DNA of 64,000 nucleotides from a virus: IMG/VR virus record IMGVR_UViG_3300031455_000001, positions 91,346 to 155,345 of that record; one strand, 5' to 3'. Shown piece by piece: positions 60,914 to 64,000 of this stretch (position 1 is its first letter; each line of letters starts with the position of its first letter). The notes under the pieces were generated by a model. It saw only the letters and a program-made list of their open reading frames with translations, ran no database searches and was not told where the DNA came from. The position numbers and the translations under genes were made by a program.

Positions 60914-63586
60914 TTGTTTATAAATATTGATTACAATAAAAAGCCTCAAAAAGCTAAGATTGAATTGGCAAAGCCAAATAAGAAAATACGTTCTAATATT
61001 CATGAAAGTTTTAATGCGGGTTTAAATATAAAACTAGGAAAGATAAATGAGTTAACTTTTTCAATTCCCCATTATCTTTGGGAGAATGATCAAAAAGTAT
61101 ACAACAAACATGTAGATGAAATAAAAGAAAGAATGCTTCTAAGAGTTAAGTACGGTGCTTATATTGAATGGTTCTTGGTTGATTCCATTGAAGAAGATGG
61201 TGATGATGAAGACACATTCAATGTCACAGCGCAATCTTTAGCCTATGAATTGAGAGGTAGTGACTCTAGTGGTATAGAAGAAGAGGCTATAAACGCAACT
61301 GGATTATTAAATTTGATATTGAAAGATACAGCATGGAAGATCGGCACAATAGATCCTATTTTTGATGCAATGTTCAGGTCTTTCGAAACTGGTGACGATG
61401 AAAATGCACTAGACTCCATCACTACAGCAGGAGAAACATTTGGTGCATTAATCATTTGGAATACTGAAACCAGAGAAGTTTCATTTAAAGATTTTGCCAC
61501 CTACGGTCGATTTAGAGGGATGACAGTTAATTATGGTAAGTATCTTAAGTCAATCAAGAGATCTAGAACACAGGATGAGCTTACTACGATCTTACATGTT
61601 TATGGAAGTGAAGGATTAAGCATTCACTCTCACAACCCAACAGGTCAGGCGTATATAGAGGATTATTCATACTTTATGCATCCGTTTGAAAGAAATGCTC
61701 AAAGACAAGTTCTTAAAGAATCAGATTACATGTCAGATGAATTGTGCCACGCTCTGTTAGATCATAAAGCCGCATTGCAACAGAGCGCTCCACAAATCAA
61801 ACAGCTTGGGGATAGTTTAGCAGAAAAAAGAAGTGCGTTAATCATCAAAGAGTCTGAATTAAGTTCTCTAAATGGAGATTTAGACTTGATATTGGCATTG
61901 CTAGACATAGCTCAATCAGCAGAAGATGAGACAGCAATAGTTCTTAGAAAAGCTGAAAGAGATGAAAAGCAGTCAGAAGTGGCTGGGAAAGAGATTGAAA
62001 TAAACGTTCTGAAAACTCAACTGAATAGTATTCAAAATGAATTAGACGCCTTGCACGATCAGCTATCCAATGACTCTAATTTTACATCTGCTTTATTAGA
62101 AGAGTTGAAGTTCTATCAAATTAAAAAAACTTGGAGAGATGATAACTATATAGACTCAAAAGAGCTATATGAAGATGGATTGAAGAAATTCAAGGAATAC
62201 CAAACACCAAAAGTCGTAATAGAAGTCACCATGAGCAGTCTCTTAGAGATTGTTGAAGAACAGTATTATTGGGATAAACTTATTCTAGGTGATGAAATAA
62301 AAGTTAAGTATCCTCAAATGAACATAGAATATATGGCTAAGATAATTGAAATTGATTATGATTTAGAAAATGGAGAAGCGAATTTAGTTATCGCCAATAC
62401 TAACGATCTATTGAATGATAATGAAAAACTAGCACAGCTAATATATGATAGTGCTAGTGCTACAACATTGGTAGAGAACAATAAATACAAGTGGAAAAAG
62501 ATTAATGCTATCAGTGAGACGATAAACAATATTCTTCTAGGCGAATGGGATGCAACAAAAAACAAGATTATTGCTGGAGTAAACAACTCTGTAGAAGTTG
62601 GTAATCGTGGAATAATCATTAAGAATCCAGACTTTCCTAGTGAAGTTATAATCATACAAAGCGGAGTAATCGCACTAAGCAAAGATGGTGGAGAAACATG
62701 GAAAACAGCAATAAATCCATCAGGAATAGTTGCTGAAAATCTAATAGGTCAGATTATTGCTGGACAAGAATTGCTCATTACTAATAGCAGTGGGTCTTTT
62801 ACTCTTGATGATAATGGTGCAATATTTGATGTCAACTCCTTTAAGATTCGTTCTGGCTCTAGTGGTGGAAATCTTGTAGATAGATGGCAGACATTCTCTG
62901 ACTTCGTAGATGAGTATAGAGACGACAATTTGATAACGCCATTCGAAAAGAAAATGTTGAACATTAAATGGGAAGAGATAGCGAAAAGATATACTGTGAT
63001 GGCATCTAAGATTAACAATTATTATGATGATGCAGGAGTCAGCTTAAATTTTGTCAACAACTTTCACTATAGATATGATGAGCTTTATGCATATTTATAT
63101 GTAAGACCATTTGGTGATTTTCCTATGTTAGCGCCTCTAAATCTAGCTTATACAACGAGAGTTGTTAGCTCAGAGTTTAACTCAAAGTTTAGAGATTATG
63201 ATTCAGCACTGGTTGAGTCAGAAAAGCAACTGGATATTAAAGCTAAAGAATTGTCTGATAAGGCAATACAAGATTCAAAAAATGCACAAGATAACATAGA
63301 AGAGATAATGAATGATGTTGTTTATAAAATTGAAATACATAGTTCAAACGGCTTCATATTCAGAAATGGTCAAATAAATACCACTTTAACTGTTACAGTT
63401 TATCGAGGCAAGGATGATATCACTTCAACAATTCCCATCAATGGATTCGTTTGGAGGAAAGCCGACAAAGACGGAGCCAATGATACCGCATGGAACACTG
63501 CTCATATAAATGTTGGAAGGCAGATCATTATTGATCGTAATGATGTTTATCAAAGAGCTACCTTTCAATGCAGTATAGATATTTAG
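60914..63586 (+). CDS. Baseplate hub / tail-associated (Tal-like) protein
   Basis: Position after Dit; ELTFSIP, YG..GLSI, coiled coil, GGETWKTAI. Confidence 0.75.
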   Translation: MFINIDYNKKPQKAKIELAKPNKKIRSNIHESFNAGLNIKLGKINELTFSIPHYLWENDQKVYNKHVDEIKERMLLRVKYGAYIEWFLVDSIEEDGDDEDTFNVTAQSLAYELRGSDSSGIEEEAINATGLLNLILKDTAWKIGTIDPIFDAMFRSFETGDDENALDSITTAGETFGALIIWNTETREVSFKDFATYGRFRGMTVNYGKYLKSIKRSRTQDELTTILHVYGSEGLSIHSHNPTGQAYIEDYSYFMHPFERNAQRQVLKESDYMSDELCHALLDHKAALQQSAPQIKQLGDSLAEKRSALIIKESELSSLNGDLDLILALLDIAQSAEDETAIVLRKAERDEKQSEVAGKEIEINVLKTQLNSIQNELDALHDQLSNDSNFTSALLEELKFYQIKKTWRDDNYIDSKELYEDGLKKFKEYQTPKVVIEVTMSSLLEIVEEQYYWDKLILGDEIKVKYPQMNIEYMAKIIEIDYDLENGEANLVIANTNDLLNDNEKLAQLIYDSASATTLVENNKYKWKKINAISETINNILLGEWDATKNKIIAGVNNSVEVGNRGIIIKNPDFPSEVIIIQSGVIALSKDGGETWKTAINPSGIVAENLIGQIIAGQELLITNSSGSFTLDDNGAIFDVNSFKIRSGSSGGNLVDRWQTFSDFVDEYRDDNLITPFEKKMLNIKWEEIAKRYTVMASKINNYYDDAGVSLNFVNNFHYRYDELYAYLYVRPFGDFPMLAPLNLAYTTRVVSSEFNSKFRDYDSALVESEKQLDIKAKELSDKAIQDSKNAQDNIEEIMNDVVYKIEIHSSNGFIFRNGQINTTLTVTVYRGKDDITSTIPINGFVWRKADKDGANDTAWNTAHINVGRQIIIDRNDVYQRATFQCSIDI

Positions 63587-63634
63587 ATTGTTGTGAGTCT
63601 TAGAAAATTAGAATAAAAAAGGGGTTTTAAAAGA

Positions 63635-64000
63635 ATGAGTATAATAGCCAGTGGGCAAATTACAATTTCGGATTTAAACGATTCAAGACAGTTGGCAATG
63701 TATATTGGAGCAACTCAATCAAGAACAGTGATTTACAATGGTGTTTCAACATATACACCAAACTACGCTACAGCAAACCAAGTATTAACTCCTCAGTTAT
63801 TTATTGCAGGTGAGAATAATGATGTAGCAGGAACCGTATTAGATGTAAAATGGTTCTATCAAACCAACGGTGTAGGTACACCAATTGAAATCACTGCGGC
63901 AAATGTGGGAAGTACCTATACACTAGGAACTGGCACTCCTAAAACCTTAACGATAAAAGCCAATGTTCTTTCTTCAGCAACTTCAGTAACTTACATCTGC
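63635..64000 (+). CDS. Tail fibre / baseplate protein, truncated by the window end
   Basis: ATG with GGGG RBS, MSIIASGQITISDLND..., open to the end of the window. Confidence 0.65.
   Translation, partial: MSIIASGQITISDLNDSRQLAMYIGATQSRTVIYNGVSTYTPNYATANQVLTPQLFIAGENNDVAGTVLDVKWFYQTNGVGTPIEITAANVGSTYTLGTGTPKTLTIKANVLSSATSVTYIC

Overview
AT-rich 64 kb segment of a large temperate siphovirus or phage-plasmid of a spore-forming Bacillota host, with SPbeta-like gene content and order. Left part (1-17.6 kb): small early genes behind strong sigma-A promoters, two repeat-rich non-coding blocks, a ~780-nt highly structured non-coding region, three perfect host-type parS sites (a fourth at 33 kb), and a sharp compositional inversion at ~9.55 kb that may be the genome terminus. 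17.7-24.5 kb: a ParM/ParR-like pair followed by a minimal conjugation-like cassette (pilin-like protein, M23 peptidase, small membrane protein, VirB4/VirD4-like ATPase, Replic_Relax protein). 24.6-31 kb: tyrosine-recombinase-fold protein, 35-bp inverted repeat with an AT-rich core, Rep-like wHTH protein, HU, PhoH and HNH. 31-33 kb: five tRNAs interleaved with pseudoknotted non-coding RNA candidates. 35-64 kb: head and tail module, with one group I intron in terL and two in the tape-measure gene, whose splice sites I could reconstruct. Best leads: (1) an in-frame TAT-TAG-TAC insertion just before the terminase Walker A, suggesting programmed stop-codon hopping or a 6-nt micro-intron; (2) a possible sporulation-linked DNA segregation/transfer system (parS + ParM + sigma-K-like promoter + mini transfer cassette opposed by antisense promoters); (3) an early-region mini paralogue of the phage's own tail-tube protein, possibly a decoy; (4) large unannotated structured RNAs. 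All family calls come from reading motifs by eye; no database search was run.
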